A stretch of 64,000 nucleotides of DNA from an uncultured Cognatiyoonia sp. GTDB taxonomy: Bacteria > Pseudomonadota > Alphaproteobacteria > Rhodobacterales > Rhodobacteraceae. This document shows, one piece after another, positions 19,681 to 30,740 of this stretch. A program made the translations under genes and the position numbers. Location: positions 9,897-73,896 of the forward strand of contig CAYPVL010000002.1 of NCBI GenBank assembly GCA_964414165.1, given 5' to 3'. The notes under the pieces were generated by a model. That model ran no database searches. It was given only the letters and a program-made list of their open reading frames with translations, and was not told where the DNA came from. The first letter of the stretch is position 1. Each line of letters opens with the position of its first letter.

Positions 19681-20582
19681 CCACAGGTATCCGTGATCAG
19701 TGCTTTATAGAGGTCACGGATGCGCTGCGTTACGGGGCCCATATCCCCTGCCCCGATTTGTCGCCCGTCAATGTGGCTGACCGGCGTTTGGGCCCCGAAG
19801 GTTCCAGTAAGGAAAGCTTCGTCAGCGCCGTAGGTGTCTACAAGGCTGAAATTTCGTTCGAAGACGGGAATGTCATTGGCACGACAGAGGTCGATGACTT
19901 TCTGTCGCGTGATCCCGTTCATGCAGTAATCGCCAGTGCTGGTCCAAACTTCGCCTTTGCGCACGATGAAGAAATTGCAAGCGTTCGTCGTGTTGACGAA
20001 CCCATGCAAGTCAAGCATCAGCCCTTCATCGGCACCCGCTTTTTCAGCAGCGATGCAGGCAAGAATGCAGTTCAACTTGGAATGGCTATTCAACTTAGGG
20101 TCCTGCGTCATTGGCAGGCCGCGCAGATGCGGCACCGTCGCAAGGGTAATCGGGCGCGGGATTTTAGGCCGCGAATGTTCCATGATGATTACAAAAGTCG
20201 GACCGGATTGCGACAGGCTTGGATGCTGGAAAGGTCGGGTTTTAACACCGCGCGTGATCATAAGCCGCGCGTGGGCGTCGGTGGTCATGCCATTGGCATT
20301 TTGCGTGTCTAACACGGCCGTTTTAACAGCTTCTTGATCCATCCCGATATCAAGATCGATGGCTTTCGCCGCCTCAAACAACCGGTCGAGGTGTTCGTCG
20401 ATGAACGCCCATGTTCCATTATAAAGGCGCAGCCCTTCCCACACCCCGTCACCAAGCATGAAACCACTGTCATAGACACTAATCATGGCCTTCGCCTTGG
20501 GCACAATTTTTCCGTTCACGTAGATCAGGATATCTTCGTTGCGCGTATCTTCCTCGGCTTGATGGGTGGTCACTTTGATCAT
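19677..20582 (-). CDS. Class IV (fold type IV) PLP aminotransferase, BCAT/D-amino-acid aminotransferase family
   Basis: 301 aa. GDGVWEGLRLYNG, MITRG, Lys context NSHSKLNCILACIAAEKAGADEGLMLD, and NFFIVRKGEVWT are typical class IV features. Confidence 0.85.
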   Translation of the reverse strand: MIKVTTHQAEEDTRNEDILIYVNGKIVPKAKAMISVYDSGFMLGDGVWEGLRLYNGTWAFIDEHLDRLFEAAKAIDLDIGMDQEAVKTAVLDTQNANGMTTDAHARLMITRGVKTRPFQHPSLSQSGPTFVIIMEHSRPKIPRPITLATVPHLRGLPMTQDPKLNSHSKLNCILACIAAEKAGADEGLMLDLHGFVNTTNACNFFIVRKGEVWTSTGDYCMNGITRQKVIDLCRANDIPVFERNFSLVDTYGADEAFLTGTFGAQTPVSHIDGRQIGAGDMGPVTQRIRDLYKALITDTCG

Positions 20583-21445
20583 TGTTGAAACGCCTGTACA
20601 TCGGCAAGATCAGGGATCACATCCGCCGTTCCGTGCCGGGTGACCATAATTGCTGCGGCCTTTATCGCCGTCTTGATCGCCTGCGCCATAGGCTGCCCCC
20701 GATCAAGGCAGGCAAGGACGTAGCCGGTGAATGTGTCCCCTGCCCCGGTGGTATCCACCGGATCAACGGGTATCGCATCAAAATGCGCTTTCCCCTCATT
20801 ACCATACCAATCGACCCCACCTGCACCAAGCGTGACGATGACATCTTCAACGGGAAGGGTATCGGGCGTTTGCCCGGTCGCTTGGCGCAGCTGTTCAGCC
20901 TCGACCGCGTTCAGGATCAGAAAATCGAGATGTTCGAGGACGGCCTGCACCCGTTCAACAGAAAAGGGCGCGGCTGCGTAGCCAACCTTAAGACCCATCT
21001 TGCGCCCCATCTCTGCTGCGGTGCGTTGGAGGTTGGTTTCGTTTTGCATAATCAGCCAATCACCCGTCTCGGCCTCTGACAATGCTGATTGCAAGGCAGC
21101 TTGCGGCACCTTGTGGTTGGCCCCGGGGTGAAGAATGATTGCGTTCTCTCCGCCTGGATCAACCATGATGATCGCTTGCGCCGTTTCAGTGTCTAAATTA
21201 GCAATATTGCGCGTATCGACCCCATATTCGAGCAGACGCTGGACAAGTTCTTTACCATCAGGACCCACTGCCCCGATGTGGTTCACATGCGCCGCTGCAC
21301 GAGCGGCGGCGACGGACATGTTTGCCCCCTTCCCGCCCAGAAACATCCTGCGGTCCGTTGACGCAAGCGTTTCGCCGGGAGCTGGAATATGCGAGACGCT
21401 ATAAACGAAATCAGCATTGATAGATCCAAGGTTCCAAATCGTCAT
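20579..21445 (-). CDS. PfkB-family carbohydrate kinase (ribokinase-like)
   Basis: GSINADFVY...GETL...GGKGANMSVAAARA N-terminal ribokinase motif. C-terminal DTTGAGDTFTGY. Confidence 0.85.
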   Translation of the reverse strand: MTIWNLGSINADFVYSVSHIPAPGETLASTDRRMFLGGKGANMSVAAARAAAHVNHIGAVGPDGKELVQRLLEYGVDTRNIANLDTETAQAIIMVDPGGENAIILHPGANHKVPQAALQSALSEAETGDWLIMQNETNLQRTAAEMGRKMGLKVGYAAAPFSVERVQAVLEHLDFLILNAVEAEQLRQATGQTPDTLPVEDVIVTLGAGGVDWYGNEGKAHFDAIPVDPVDTTGAGDTFTGYVLACLDRGQPMAQAIKTAIKAAAIMVTRHGTADVIPDLADVQAFQQ

Positions 21446-23701
21446 TTACCCAACCTCGCAGGCGGCGATGACCGCCATATTAAGGATGTCGTTCACCGTC
21501 GACACGGTGGAACAAATTTGCACCGGATGGCCAACCCCGGTCAGAATTGGACCGATTACCGTTGCGCCCCCCATTTCCTGCATCAATTTGACAGAGATAG
21601 ATGCAGAATGCCTTGCCGGGACGACAAGAATATTTGCAGGGCCCGTCAACCGCGAAAAAGGATAGTGTTCGCGTGCTTGCGGATTCAACGCGACATCCAC
21701 GGCCATTTCGCCTTCGTATTCGAAATCGACGTTGCGCGCCTCAAGGATAGCTGGCGCGGTACGCATCTTTTCCGCCCGCTCTGACACAGGGTACCCAAAG
21801 GTTGAGAACGACACAAAGGCCACGCGCGGATCAAGGCCAAGATCACGCGCGACAGAGGCACCGCGTTCGGCAATATCAGCAAGGTCGTTTTCGTTCGGCC
21901 ATTCATGAACAAGTGTGTCTGAGATGAGAACGATTTTACCTTTGTTTAGCACAGCCGTCACGCCAACCGCCCCGTGGTGTGGTTCAGCATCAAAAACATG
22001 GTTAATCAGTTCAAGCACATGTGCCGATTTGCGGGTTGCGCCAGTCACCATTCCGTCGGCGTGCCCATGCGCCAGCATCAATGACGCAAAGACATGCCTG
22101 TCCCGCGCGGCAAGCCGATGGACGTCTTGTTTATCAAAGCCTTTGCGCTGAAGCCTCGTATAAAGAAAGTCCCTGTAAGTGTCTAAATGGGGTGTTTTGG
22201 CTGCATTTATGATTTCGAGTTCTTCAAAAGCATCGCCAAGCCCTTCTTCGACAAGTATCTCTTTCACGTCTGAATCACGACCAACGACAAGTGCCTTTCC
22301 AAGCCCTGACCGCTGGTAAAGCACGGTAGCGCGCAGCACGCGTGCATCATCGCCTTCTGCGAAAACAACAGTCGATTGCGCGGCGCGTGCACGGGCATTG
22401 AGGCTGCGCAGCATTGACGCCGTCGGGTCCATGCGCGATTTCAATGACGCTTCGTAAGCCTCCATGTCGATGATCGGCCGCCGGGCAACACCGGTTTTCA
22501 TCCCCACTTGCGCAACTGCAGTTGGAATGCGGTGGATTAGGCGCGGATCGAAGGGCGTTGGAATAATGTAGTCGCGCCCGAAGGTGAGTTTCTTGCCATA
22601 GGCCATAGCAACCTCGTCCGGCACATCTTCGCGTGCGAGGTTGGCAAGAGCATGCGCGCAGGCGATCTTCATTTCATCATTAATCGCGCGCGCGTGAATG
22701 TCGAGCGCGCCCCGGAAAAGGTAGGGAAACCCAAGCACGTTGTTCACTTGGTTGGGATAATCGCTGCGCCCCGTGGCGACGATTGCATCTTCGCGCACAG
22801 CATGGGTGTCTTCAGGCGTGATTTCGGGGTCGGGGTTTGCCATGGCAAAGATAACAGGGTTTTTTGCCATCTTAGACACCATATCTTGGGTCACAGCCCC
22901 TTTAGCAGACACCCCAAGGAAAACGTCGCAATCTTTCATCGCGTCATCCAACGTGCGCGCCTTGGTTTGCGCGGCGTGTGCAGATTTCCACTGGTTCATC
23001 CCCTCGGTACGTCCTTGATAAATGACGCCTTTGGTGTCGCACATGATGCAATTGTCGTGCTTAGCCCCCATCGCTTTGAGTAGTTCAAGGCAGGCAATCC
23101 CGGCAGCCCCTGCCCCGTTGAGAACGATTTTGACATCTTCTATCTTTTTGCCAGAAATGTGCAGCGCGTTGATTAGGCCGGCCGCGCAGATCACAGCCGT
23201 TCCGTGCTGGTCATCGTGGAAGACGGGGATATCCATTTCTTCCTTAAGACGCTGTTCAATGATGAAGCATTCGGGCGCTTTGATGTCTTCAAGATTGATA
23301 CCGCCAAAGGTAGGACCCATCAGCCGGACAGCTTCGCAGAAAGCGTCCGGGTCTTCGGTATCAAGTTCGATATCAATCGAGTTCACATCAGCGAACCTTT
23401 TGAACAGAACGGATTTGCCTTCCATTACTGGTTTGGACGCCAGCGCGCCAAGGTTCCCAAGACCAAGGACTGCAGTGCCGTTTGAAACGACTGCAACCAA
23501 ATTGCCTTTGTTGGTGTAATCATATGCGGTTGCCGGATTGGCATGGATTTCTTCGCAGGGGATCGCGACGCCGGGGGAATAGGCAAGCGACAGATCACGC
23601 TGCGTCGTCATGGGGACGGTGGCCGCGATCTCCCATTTGCCCGGTGTTGGGTTCAGGTGGAATGTAAGCGCGTCTTCACGGCTCATCTCGGTTTTGGCCA
23701 T
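21446..23701 (-). CDS. maeB: NADP-dependent malic enzyme (malic enzyme plus PTA-like domain)
   Basis: 751 aa. N-terminal malic enzyme domain (VVSNGTAVLGLGN, NGAGAAGIA). The C-terminal ~330 aa form a phosphate acetyltransferase-like domain. Confidence 0.95.
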   Translation of the reverse strand: MAKTEMSREDALTFHLNPTPGKWEIAATVPMTTQRDLSLAYSPGVAIPCEEIHANPATAYDYTNKGNLVAVVSNGTAVLGLGNLGALASKPVMEGKSVLFKRFADVNSIDIELDTEDPDAFCEAVRLMGPTFGGINLEDIKAPECFIIEQRLKEEMDIPVFHDDQHGTAVICAAGLINALHISGKKIEDVKIVLNGAGAAGIACLELLKAMGAKHDNCIMCDTKGVIYQGRTEGMNQWKSAHAAQTKARTLDDAMKDCDVFLGVSAKGAVTQDMVSKMAKNPVIFAMANPDPEITPEDTHAVREDAIVATGRSDYPNQVNNVLGFPYLFRGALDIHARAINDEMKIACAHALANLAREDVPDEVAMAYGKKLTFGRDYIIPTPFDPRLIHRIPTAVAQVGMKTGVARRPIIDMEAYEASLKSRMDPTASMLRSLNARARAAQSTVVFAEGDDARVLRATVLYQRSGLGKALVVGRDSDVKEILVEEGLGDAFEELEIINAAKTPHLDTYRDFLYTRLQRKGFDKQDVHRLAARDRHVFASLMLAHGHADGMVTGATRKSAHVLELINHVFDAEPHHGAVGVTAVLNKGKIVLISDTLVHEWPNENDLADIAERGASVARDLGLDPRVAFVSFSTFGYPVSERAEKMRTAPAILEARNVDFEYEGEMAVDVALNPQAREHYPFSRLTGPANILVVPARHSASISVKLMQEMGGATVIGPILTGVGHPVQICSTVSTVNDILNMAVIAACEVG

Positions 23702-23825
23702 CTTGTCCTCCCTTGGGCGTGACCGTCACTTTGCGTCATGCGCGGTTGGGCTGCAACGGGTTCGTTTTCGACTTTCGTCGCTAACATTGGATAGATAGTG
23801 TCGCCCGTGATGATCCGGGGGATAT

Positions 23826-26453
23826 ATGGCCGATAAATCGACAGTCACGCCCATGATGGCGCAATATCTAGACCTGAAAGCTGGGTATCCTGACGCGCTA
23901 TTGTTTTATCGCATGGGCGACTTTTACGAGATGTTCTTTGACGATGCGGTCGCTGCGGCGGCCGCGTTGGATATCGCACTCACCAAACGCGGGAAGCACA
24001 ACGATAAAGACATTCCCATGTGTGGTGTTCCGGTTCATGCGGCCGAGGGATATTTACTCACCCTTATCCGCAAAGGCTTTCGCGTTGCTGTTTGTGAGCA
24101 GATGGAAAAACCTGAAGAGGCGAAAAAGCGCGGATATAAAGCGGTTGTAAAGCGCGATGTTGTGCGGCTGGTGACGCCGGGCACTTTGACGGAAGAATCT
24201 TTGCTGGATGCCCGTCGTCACAACTTTTTGGCCGCTTTTGCCCAAGTTAGAGACGAAAGCGCCCTTGCTTGGGTCGATATTTCGACGGGGGCATTTCATG
24301 TGATGATGTGTCCGCGGGTGGCATTAGGGCCAGAATTGGCCCGGCTGGCCCCGCGTGAAGTGATTGTTGCAGATGGCGCCGAGGGTGCGCTTGCAGATCC
24401 GATTGTCGGGTCTGGCGCAGCTTTATCGACATTGGGCAGGGCTGCGTTTGACAGCACTGCGGGTGAAAAACGATTGATGGCGTTCTTTAAGGTTAAATCC
24501 TTGGATGCCTTTGGCAGTTTTGCGCGGGCGGAGATTGCCGCACTTGCCGCGATCACTGAATATTTGGAGATTACCCAAAAGGGCAATTTACCACTATTGC
24601 GCCCACCTGTGCAGGAAGGACGCCGCGCAACAATGCAGATTGATGCGCCAACGCGGAAGTCTTTGGAATTAACGCAGGCGATGGCGGGTGGCAGGTCTGG
24701 ATCATTGCTGGATGCGATTGATCGGACTGTGACGGCTGGCGGCGCACGATTGTTAGAGCGGCGTTTGGCAAGTCCGGCTTGTAATGTTGCGACAGTCACC
24801 GCGCGGCAGGCGGCGGTTACATTTTTTGTAGAGCAATCACGATTATCGGCTGACGTGCGTGATCTTATGCGTGGCGTACATGATCTGGACCGCGCTTTGT
24901 CGCGTCTCGCGCTTGAACGTGGTGGGCCGCGGGACATGGCTGGAATCCGCAATACGCTGGGGCAGGCGGCCCAATTGGCCGAAATGTTCAAGGGCATAGG
25001 GTTGCCGGATGAACTGGTTGAAGCGACCCGCGACTTGATCGGGCACGAAACGCTTTTGGCCCTGTTAGACTCTGCTTTGGTGCCAGAGCCCCCCTTGCTA
25101 GCCCGTGATGGTGGCTTTGTGGCGCAAGGCTATGACACAGATTTGGATGAAGCGCGCACGTTACGCGATGAAGGGCGCGGAATTATTGCAAAGATGCAGG
25201 CAGAGTTTATTGAACTGTCTGGCGTATCCGCCCTGAAGATTAAGCATAACAATGTGCTGGGATATTTTATCGAGACCACAGCAACCCATGCAGAAAAGAT
25301 GATGTCACCACCTTTGAATGAGACATTCATCCACCGGCAAACAACCGCCAATCAGGTACGCTTCACGACTGTCGAACTGAGCGAGATTGAAACCCGGATT
25401 TTGAATGCGGGTGGCCGCGCGTTGGAGATTGAGAAACGCATATTTGATAGTCTAACACGGGCGATTGTTGCGCAGGCCGGGCCTTTGGGGGCTTTGGCCC
25501 GTGGCTTGGCTGTGATTGATTTAGCTGCCGGGCTTGCCCATTTAGCGCAAACTGAAAATTGGGCTGCACCCAAGCTGGATGACAGCCGTACTTTTGATAT
25601 TGTTGGCGGACGCCATCCTGTGGTTGAGGCCGCATTGCAAAAGGCTGGCACGCCTTTTGTTGCCAATGATTGCGGCCTGACGGATGCGTCGATCTGGCTT
25701 TTGACTGGGCCAAATATGGCAGGTAAATCGACGTTTCTGCGGCAAAATGCTTTGATTGCGATCCTTGCGCAGATGGGCAGCTATGTCCCTGCGACCTCCG
25801 CCCGTATTGGCATTGTCAGTCAGATTTTCAGCCGGGTCGGTGCGTCGGATGATCTGGCGAAGGGCCGGTCGACCTTTATGGTCGAAATGGTCGAAACCGC
25901 CGCTATTCTGAACCAAGCCGATGATCGGGCCTTGGTGATTTTGGATGAAATCGGTCGGGGGACAGCGACCTATGATGGTTTATCGATTGCATGGGCCACG
26001 TTGGAGCACTTGCATGACGTGAACAGGTGCCGCGCTTTGTTTGCGACACATTATCACGAGATGTCAGCGCTTTCTGCCAAACTGGACGGCGTAGATAACG
26101 CGACCGTTTCCGTGAAAGAATGGGAAGGCGATGTGATCTTCTTGCATGAGGTCCGCAAGGGGACGGCGGATCGGTCTTATGGTGTGCAAGTTGCGCGTTT
26201 GGCTGGATTACCGCCGGTTGTTGTGGAGCGGGCCAAGGTTGTTTTGGAAGCGCTTGAAAAAGGCGAAAGGGAAGGGGGCAGCAAAGCGATCATTGATGAT
26301 TTGCCGTTGTTTGCAGCGACGGCGGCTGCGCCTCTACCTATGGTTTCAGAGTCGCAGGCCGAGGCGCGGTTGAAAGCAGTTCTACCGGATGACCTGACCC
26401 CGAAAGAGGCGTTGGCGTTAATCTATGAACTGCGGGAACTTATCGCAGACTAG
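23826..26453 (+). CDS. mutS: DNA mismatch repair protein MutS
   Basis: 875 aa. TPMMAQYL...FYRMGDFYE mismatch-binding motif. Walker A GPNMAGKST. DEIGRGTATYDG. Confidence 0.95.
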   Translation: MADKSTVTPMMAQYLDLKAGYPDALLFYRMGDFYEMFFDDAVAAAAALDIALTKRGKHNDKDIPMCGVPVHAAEGYLLTLIRKGFRVAVCEQMEKPEEAKKRGYKAVVKRDVVRLVTPGTLTEESLLDARRHNFLAAFAQVRDESALAWVDISTGAFHVMMCPRVALGPELARLAPREVIVADGAEGALADPIVGSGAALSTLGRAAFDSTAGEKRLMAFFKVKSLDAFGSFARAEIAALAAITEYLEITQKGNLPLLRPPVQEGRRATMQIDAPTRKSLELTQAMAGGRSGSLLDAIDRTVTAGGARLLERRLASPACNVATVTARQAAVTFFVEQSRLSADVRDLMRGVHDLDRALSRLALERGGPRDMAGIRNTLGQAAQLAEMFKGIGLPDELVEATRDLIGHETLLALLDSALVPEPPLLARDGGFVAQGYDTDLDEARTLRDEGRGIIAKMQAEFIELSGVSALKIKHNNVLGYFIETTATHAEKMMSPPLNETFIHRQTTANQVRFTTVELSEIETRILNAGGRALEIEKRIFDSLTRAIVAQAGPLGALARGLAVIDLAAGLAHLAQTENWAAPKLDDSRTFDIVGGRHPVVEAALQKAGTPFVANDCGLTDASIWLLTGPNMAGKSTFLRQNALIAILAQMGSYVPATSARIGIVSQIFSRVGASDDLAKGRSTFMVEMVETAAILNQADDRALVILDEIGRGTATYDGLSIAWATLEHLHDVNRCRALFATHYHEMSALSAKLDGVDNATVSVKEWEGDVIFLHEVRKGTADRSYGVQVARLAGLPPVVVERAKVVLEALEKGEREGGSKAIIDDLPLFAATAAAPLPMVSESQAEARLKAVLPDDLTPKEALALIYELRELIAD

Positions 26454-26484
26454 ACCCTAAATTGGGGTTTTTGAGGCCCGAAAG

Positions 26485-26511
26485 CAAAAAAGCAGGGGCT
26501 GAACCCCTGCT
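26485..26511 (-). terminator. Intrinsic terminator of grpE; the hairpin is shared with the convergent mutS
   Basis: Stem AGCAGGGG / CCCCTGCT with loop CTGAA at 26491-26511. On the minus strand it is followed by TTTTTTGCTTT, and on the plus strand by TTTGG. Confidence 0.7.
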
Positions 26512-26535
26512 TTGGTAATCGTGTTGATCGCCCGA

Positions 26536-27087
26536 TTACGACTTTGGCGTTGAAGAAACCCCGACCTGTGCCGGCCGCAATAGCCGGTCGTGCAGCATGA
26601 AACCTTCGGCAGCGACCTGAATAATGTCACCCGCTTGTGTGCCGGGGACGGGCGCCTCGAACATGGCTTGGTGCAGCTGCGGGTCAAATTTATCGCCGAC
26701 TTCGGGTGTGATTGGGTCGATCCCGTGCTTTTTGAAAACACTGATCAGTTCGCGCATGGTCAATTCGACACCCTCAAGAAGGGCGGCGTTTGCCTCTTTC
26801 TCGGAATCTGCATCTGCCTGCAGGGCGCGGCGCAGGTTGTCATAGACCGGCAGCATATCACGGGCGAGTTTTGAACCACCGTAATTCTCGGCCTCTTTGC
26901 GGTCACGCTCTGACCGTTTGCGCATATTCTCGGCGTCAGCCAGCGCGCGCATGAATTTATCTTTCAGCTCATCCCGCTCGGCAGAAAGGGCGGCGATCTC
27001 TTCGAACGCAACTTCACCTGCTTCCATGGCGTCACCCTCGGCGGCGAGTTCATCAAGGCTCATTGGTTCGGCTTCGTTGTCAGACAT
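26536..27087 (-). CDS. grpE: Nucleotide exchange factor GrpE
   Basis: 183 aa. Acidic N-terminus, RALADAENMRKR motif, C-terminal beta-domain GF.LHDRLLRPA. Confidence 0.9.
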   Translation of the reverse strand: MSDNEAEPMSLDELAAEGDAMEAGEVAFEEIAALSAERDELKDKFMRALADAENMRKRSERDRKEAENYGGSKLARDMLPVYDNLRRALQADADSEKEANAALLEGVELTMRELISVFKKHGIDPITPEVGDKFDPQLHQAMFEAPVPGTQAGDIIQVAAEGFMLHDRLLRPAQVGVSSTPKS

Positions 27088-27099
27088 GGACTTCCCCAG

Positions 27100-28164
27100 T
27101 TATGAGCGGTCGGCGATCATGCGCCCGACGCGCTGTGCGGTGTAATTTACGATAGGCACGATCCGGCCATAATTCAGACGGGTCGGACCGATGACGCCCA
27201 CGGCGCCAATTATCTTGCGGTCGGCGTTCATATAAGGGGAAACGACCAGAGAGGAACCCGATAAAGAGAACAATTTGTTCTCAGACCCGATAAAAATGCG
27301 CACACCGTCACCTTCCTTGGTCAAATCAAGGAATTGAGCGATGTCACGTTTGCGTTCAAGATCGTCAAAGAGGGTGCGGATACGTTCCAGATCCGCCTCT
27401 GATTCATTTTCGGACAGCAGGTTCCCGCGTCCACGTACAATGAGGCGTTCGTTTGATTCGCCTTCGTTTTCCCAAAGGGCGAGGCCGCTTTGGACCAGTT
27501 CGGCGGCGAGTTTGTCGATCTCTTGTCGCCGCGCTTTGATTTCGCGGGCAATGATTTGGCCAAGTTCGGACAACGTATGCCCTTCGGCCAGCGCATTGAT
27601 AAAGTTTGCCGCTTCCCGCATGGAAGACGGCGTTTGCCCGGCAGGGGGCGAGAAGAGCCGGTTTTCAACATGCCCGTCCGCAAATACCAGCACCACAAGA
27701 GCCCTGTCAGCGGAAAGTGACACAAATTCGATGTGCTTGATCGCGGCCTCGTGCTTGGGCGTCAGCACAAGGCTTGCCCCTTGCGTCACACCGGACAGGG
27801 CAGAACCAACCCGATCAAGCAGCGTGGTTACATCTTGTTCATTGCCGCCAAGGGTTTGGTCAATGCGACTCCGATCTTCGCCAGAAAGATCATCGACCTC
27901 AAGCAGCCCATCGACAAACATGCGCAGGCCAAGTTGCGTGGGCACGCGCCCGGCGCTTGTGTGTGGGCTCCCTAGAAGACCAAGATACTCAAGGTCTTGC
28001 ATAACATTGCGCACGGTTGCTGCACTCACCTGTTCGGTCAAAGTCCGCGTCAACGTGCGCGAGCCAACGGGATCACCCGTTTCAAGATAGCCTTCAACCA
28101 CGCGCCGAAATACCTCGCGCGAGCGGGCGTTTAAATCATCAAGGTTCTGCGGCGCGTCCGTCAT
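27100..28164 (-). CDS. hrcA: Heat-inducible transcription repressor HrcA
   Basis: 354 aa. N-terminal wHTH (SRTL...SAATVRNVMQDLE..GLL..PHTSAGRVPT). Located upstream of grpE. Confidence 0.9.
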   Translation of the reverse strand: MTDAPQNLDDLNARSREVFRRVVEGYLETGDPVGSRTLTRTLTEQVSAATVRNVMQDLEYLGLLGSPHTSAGRVPTQLGLRMFVDGLLEVDDLSGEDRSRIDQTLGGNEQDVTTLLDRVGSALSGVTQGASLVLTPKHEAAIKHIEFVSLSADRALVVLVFADGHVENRLFSPPAGQTPSSMREAANFINALAEGHTLSELGQIIAREIKARRQEIDKLAAELVQSGLALWENEGESNERLIVRGRGNLLSENESEADLERIRTLFDDLERKRDIAQFLDLTKEGDGVRIFIGSENKLFSLSGSSLVVSPYMNADRKIIGAVGVIGPTRLNYGRIVPIVNYTAQRVGRMIADRS

Positions 28165-28283
28165 TCTGATCCCAGTGAAATCGCGTTGATACTAGACGTC
28201 AGACCTGAGCAAAGGTCAATCAGGCTTGGATTTATCAGATGGGCAGCGTATGCCACCCAAACAACCCATTGAGGAGAAGACAA

Positions 28284-28991
28284 ATGCGCCCATCTGGCCG
28301 CCAGACCGACGAAATGCGTTCCGTCACGATCGAAGTTGGAACAACCCGCCATGCCGAAGGGTCGTGCATGATCAAATGCGGGGATACGCATGTGTTATGT
28401 ACCGCGTCTGTCGATACGCGGGTACCGTCGTTCATGAAGGGGTCGGGGCTTGGCTGGGTCACTGCTGAATACGGGATGCTACCACGCGCGACCCATACGC
28501 GAATGCGCCGTGAAGCGAAGAACGGGCAATCAGGACGCACGCAGGAAATTCAACGCCTGATCGGGCGGTCTTTGCGTGCTGGCGTTGATCGTGTTGCGAT
28601 GGGCGAACGCCAGATCACTGTGGATTGTGATGTTATTCAAGCCGATGGCGGGACCCGCTGCGCATCGATCACGGGCGGTTGGGTCGCTTTGAAACTGGCC
28701 GTGAACCAGCTAATGAAGGCTGGCGACATTATCAGCGATCCGTTGGTTGATCCTGTCGCTGCCATTTCTTGCGGCATCTATGCCGGACAAGAGGTGCTTG
28801 ATCTGGATTACCCCGAGGACAGTGAGGCAGGTGTGGATGGGAACTTTATCCTGACTGGCGGAAAACTGGTTGAAGTCCAGATGTCTGCCGAAGGATCGAC
28901 TTTTACCCGTCCACAGATGGATAAGCTGCTTGATTTGGCCGAGAAAGGTATCGGCGAATTAAACGCGATCCAGATGACAGCGGTAAGTTAA
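28284..28991 (+). CDS. rph: Ribonuclease PH
   Basis: MRPSGR...[14 protein letters not shown]...[20 protein letters not shown] at 28271-28276, 7 nt before the ATG at 28284. The listed 28239 start is an extension. Confidence 0.9.
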   Translation: MRPSGRQTDEMRSVTIEVGTTRHAEGSCMIKCGDTHVLCTASVDTRVPSFMKGSGLGWVTAEYGMLPRATHTRMRREAKNGQSGRTQEIQRLIGRSLRAGVDRVAMGERQITVDCDVIQADGGTRCASITGGWVALKLAVNQLMKAGDIISDPLVDPVAAISCGIYAGQEVLDLDYPEDSEAGVDGNFILTGGKLVEVQMSAEGSTFTRPQMDKLLDLAEKGIGELNAIQMTAVS

Positions 28992-29599
28992 TGCGTCGCT
29001 TTGATGGCAAGGAATTGGTCGTAGCGACCCACAACCAAGGGAAGTTAGAGGAGATTGCGGATTTGCTGTCTCCCTTTGGGATATCCTTGTCGTCGAATGC
29101 AGATCACGGTTTGCCTGAACCGGAAGAGACAGAAACCACATTTGTCGGGAATGCCCGGATCAAGGCACATGCGGCGGCGAAGGCAACCGGTTTGCCTGCT
29201 TTGGCTGATGATAGCGGGATTGAGGTCGATGCTTTGGACGGGGCACCGGGGGTTTATACGGCAGATTGGTCTGAGACCCCGAATGGCCGTGACTTTGTGA
29301 TGGCGATGACCCGGACCTGGAACGAACTTGAGGCGAAGAACGCGCCTTTCCCGCGCACAGCACGGTTTTGTTCCACATTAGTGCTCGCTTGGCCTGACGG
29401 GTATGATGAGGTTTTTCCGGGTATCATGGAAGGTCAAGTCGTTTGGCCAATGCGTGGAGATCAAGGGCATGGCTATGATCCTATTTTTCAGCCCAATGGA
29501 TATGACATCACATTCGGTGAGATGGATCGCTGGGAAAAGAACAAAATCAGCCACCGCGCGGATGCGTTCGCCAAGCTGGTAAAGGGCTGCTTTGCCTGA
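28991..29599 (+). CDS. rdgB: dITP/XTP pyrophosphatase (RdgB/HAM1)
   Basis: [54 protein letters not shown]. Confidence 0.9.
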   Translation: MRRFDGKELVVATHNQGKLEEIADLLSPFGISLSSNADHGLPEPEETETTFVGNARIKAHAAAKATGLPALADDSGIEVDALDGAPGVYTADWSETPNGRDFVMAMTRTWNELEAKNAPFPRTARFCSTLVLAWPDGYDEVFPGIMEGQVVWPMRGDQGHGYDPIFQPNGYDITFGEMDRWEKNKISHRADAFAKLVKGCFA

Positions 29600-30740
29600 A
29601 GATTGGGAACATGGGGGCTTTGGCCTTTACCTGCACTGGCCGTTTTGTCAGGCCAAATGTCCTTACTGTGATTTCAACAGCCATGTCGTGGATCAAATTG
29701 ACCAGAAGCGCTGGGAAAAAGCGTATCTATCCGAGATTGCCCGCGCCGGAAAAGAGACCCAAGGCCGCATTTTAGACACGGTTTTCTTTGGTGGCGGCAC
29801 ACCAAGCATGATGGAGCCCGCGCTAGTCGATGCGATCATTTCGGCGATCCGAAAAACCTGGCGAACATCAAATAGCTTTGAAGTGACCCTTGAAGCAAAC
29901 CCCACGTCCGTCGAGGCAGGGCGCTTTGCTGATTATCGCGATGCAGGCGTCAATCGTGTATCATTGGGCGTGCAGGCCTTGAATGATGCGGACCTAAAAG
30001 CGTTGGGCCGCCTACATTCCGCTGCTGAAGCACGCGCTGCATTTGACGTGGCGCGACATGCGTTTGATCGGGTCAGCTTTGACTTGATCTATGCCCGGCA
30101 AGATCAATCATTGGCAGCATGGGAAGGGGAACTGAAGGAAGCCCTGAGTATGGCTGTGGATCACCTGTCCTTATATCAACTGACGATTGAGGATGGGACA
30201 GCCTTTGGTGATCGCTTCGCCAGTGGCCGTTTGCGTGGATTGCCAAATGAAGATCTTGGCGCGGATTTGTATCTGCGCACGCAAGACATTTGCGAGGCCA
30301 CTGGTTTTCCCGGATATGAGGTTTCAAATCATGCACGGCCGGGGGAAGAAAGCCGGCATAACCTGATTTATTGGCGCTATGGCGACTATGTGGGGATTGG
30401 GCCGGGTGCGCATGGGCGTTTGACCCTTGATGGAACGCGGTATGAAACGGTTGCGCCGGATGGGCCGATGGCTTGGTTGCAGCAAGTTGAAAAAACCGGG
30501 GCGGGTGAATTGCCGAGAACGGTGTTATCACCAGAGGATACAGTCACAGAGAGTCTGTTAATGGGACTGCGGCTGCGTGAAGGGGTGGCCTTATCACGAT
30601 ACAAAAATCATGATTTTAAAAATAAAATCAATGGTTTACGTGATTTAGGCCTCGTGGATATCGCTGATGATCACCTGTTCGTAACCGCACAAGGCCGCCC
30701 GGTATTAAACAGTGTCTTGCGCAGCCTGCTTGCGGACTAG
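29592..30740 (+). CDS. hemW: Radical SAM haem chaperone HemW (HemN-like, oxygen-independent coproporphyrinogen oxidase family)
   Basis: [10 protein letters not shown] radical-SAM triad. [14 protein letters not shown] motif. Confidence 0.85.
   Translation: MPEDWEHGGFGLYLHWPFCQAKCPYCDFNSHVVDQIDQKRWEKAYLSEIARAGKETQGRILDTVFFGGGTPSMMEPALVDAIISAIRKTWRTSNSFEVTLEANPTSVEAGRFADYRDAGVNRVSLGVQALNDADLKALGRLHSAAEARAAFDVARHAFDRVSFDLIYARQDQSLAAWEGELKEALSMAVDHLSLYQLTIEDGTAFGDRFASGRLRGLPNEDLGADLYLRTQDICEATGFPGYEVSNHARPGEESRHNLIYWRYGDYVGIGPGAHGRLTLDGTRYETVAPDGPMAWLQQVEKTGAGELPRTVLSPEDTVTESLLMGLRLREGVALSRYKNHDFKNKINGLRDLGLVDIADDHLFVTAQGRPVLNSVLRSLLAD

Noticed and set aside
28165-28283. I looked for a CIRCE element (TTAGCACTC-N9-GAGTGCTAA) or a clear sigma32 promoter upstream of hrcA-grpE.
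   Set aside because: No CIRCE-like inverted repeat is present. The only promoter-like element is a sigma70-like TTGACC-N19-TAGTAT with an overlong spacer. This is not enough to call.
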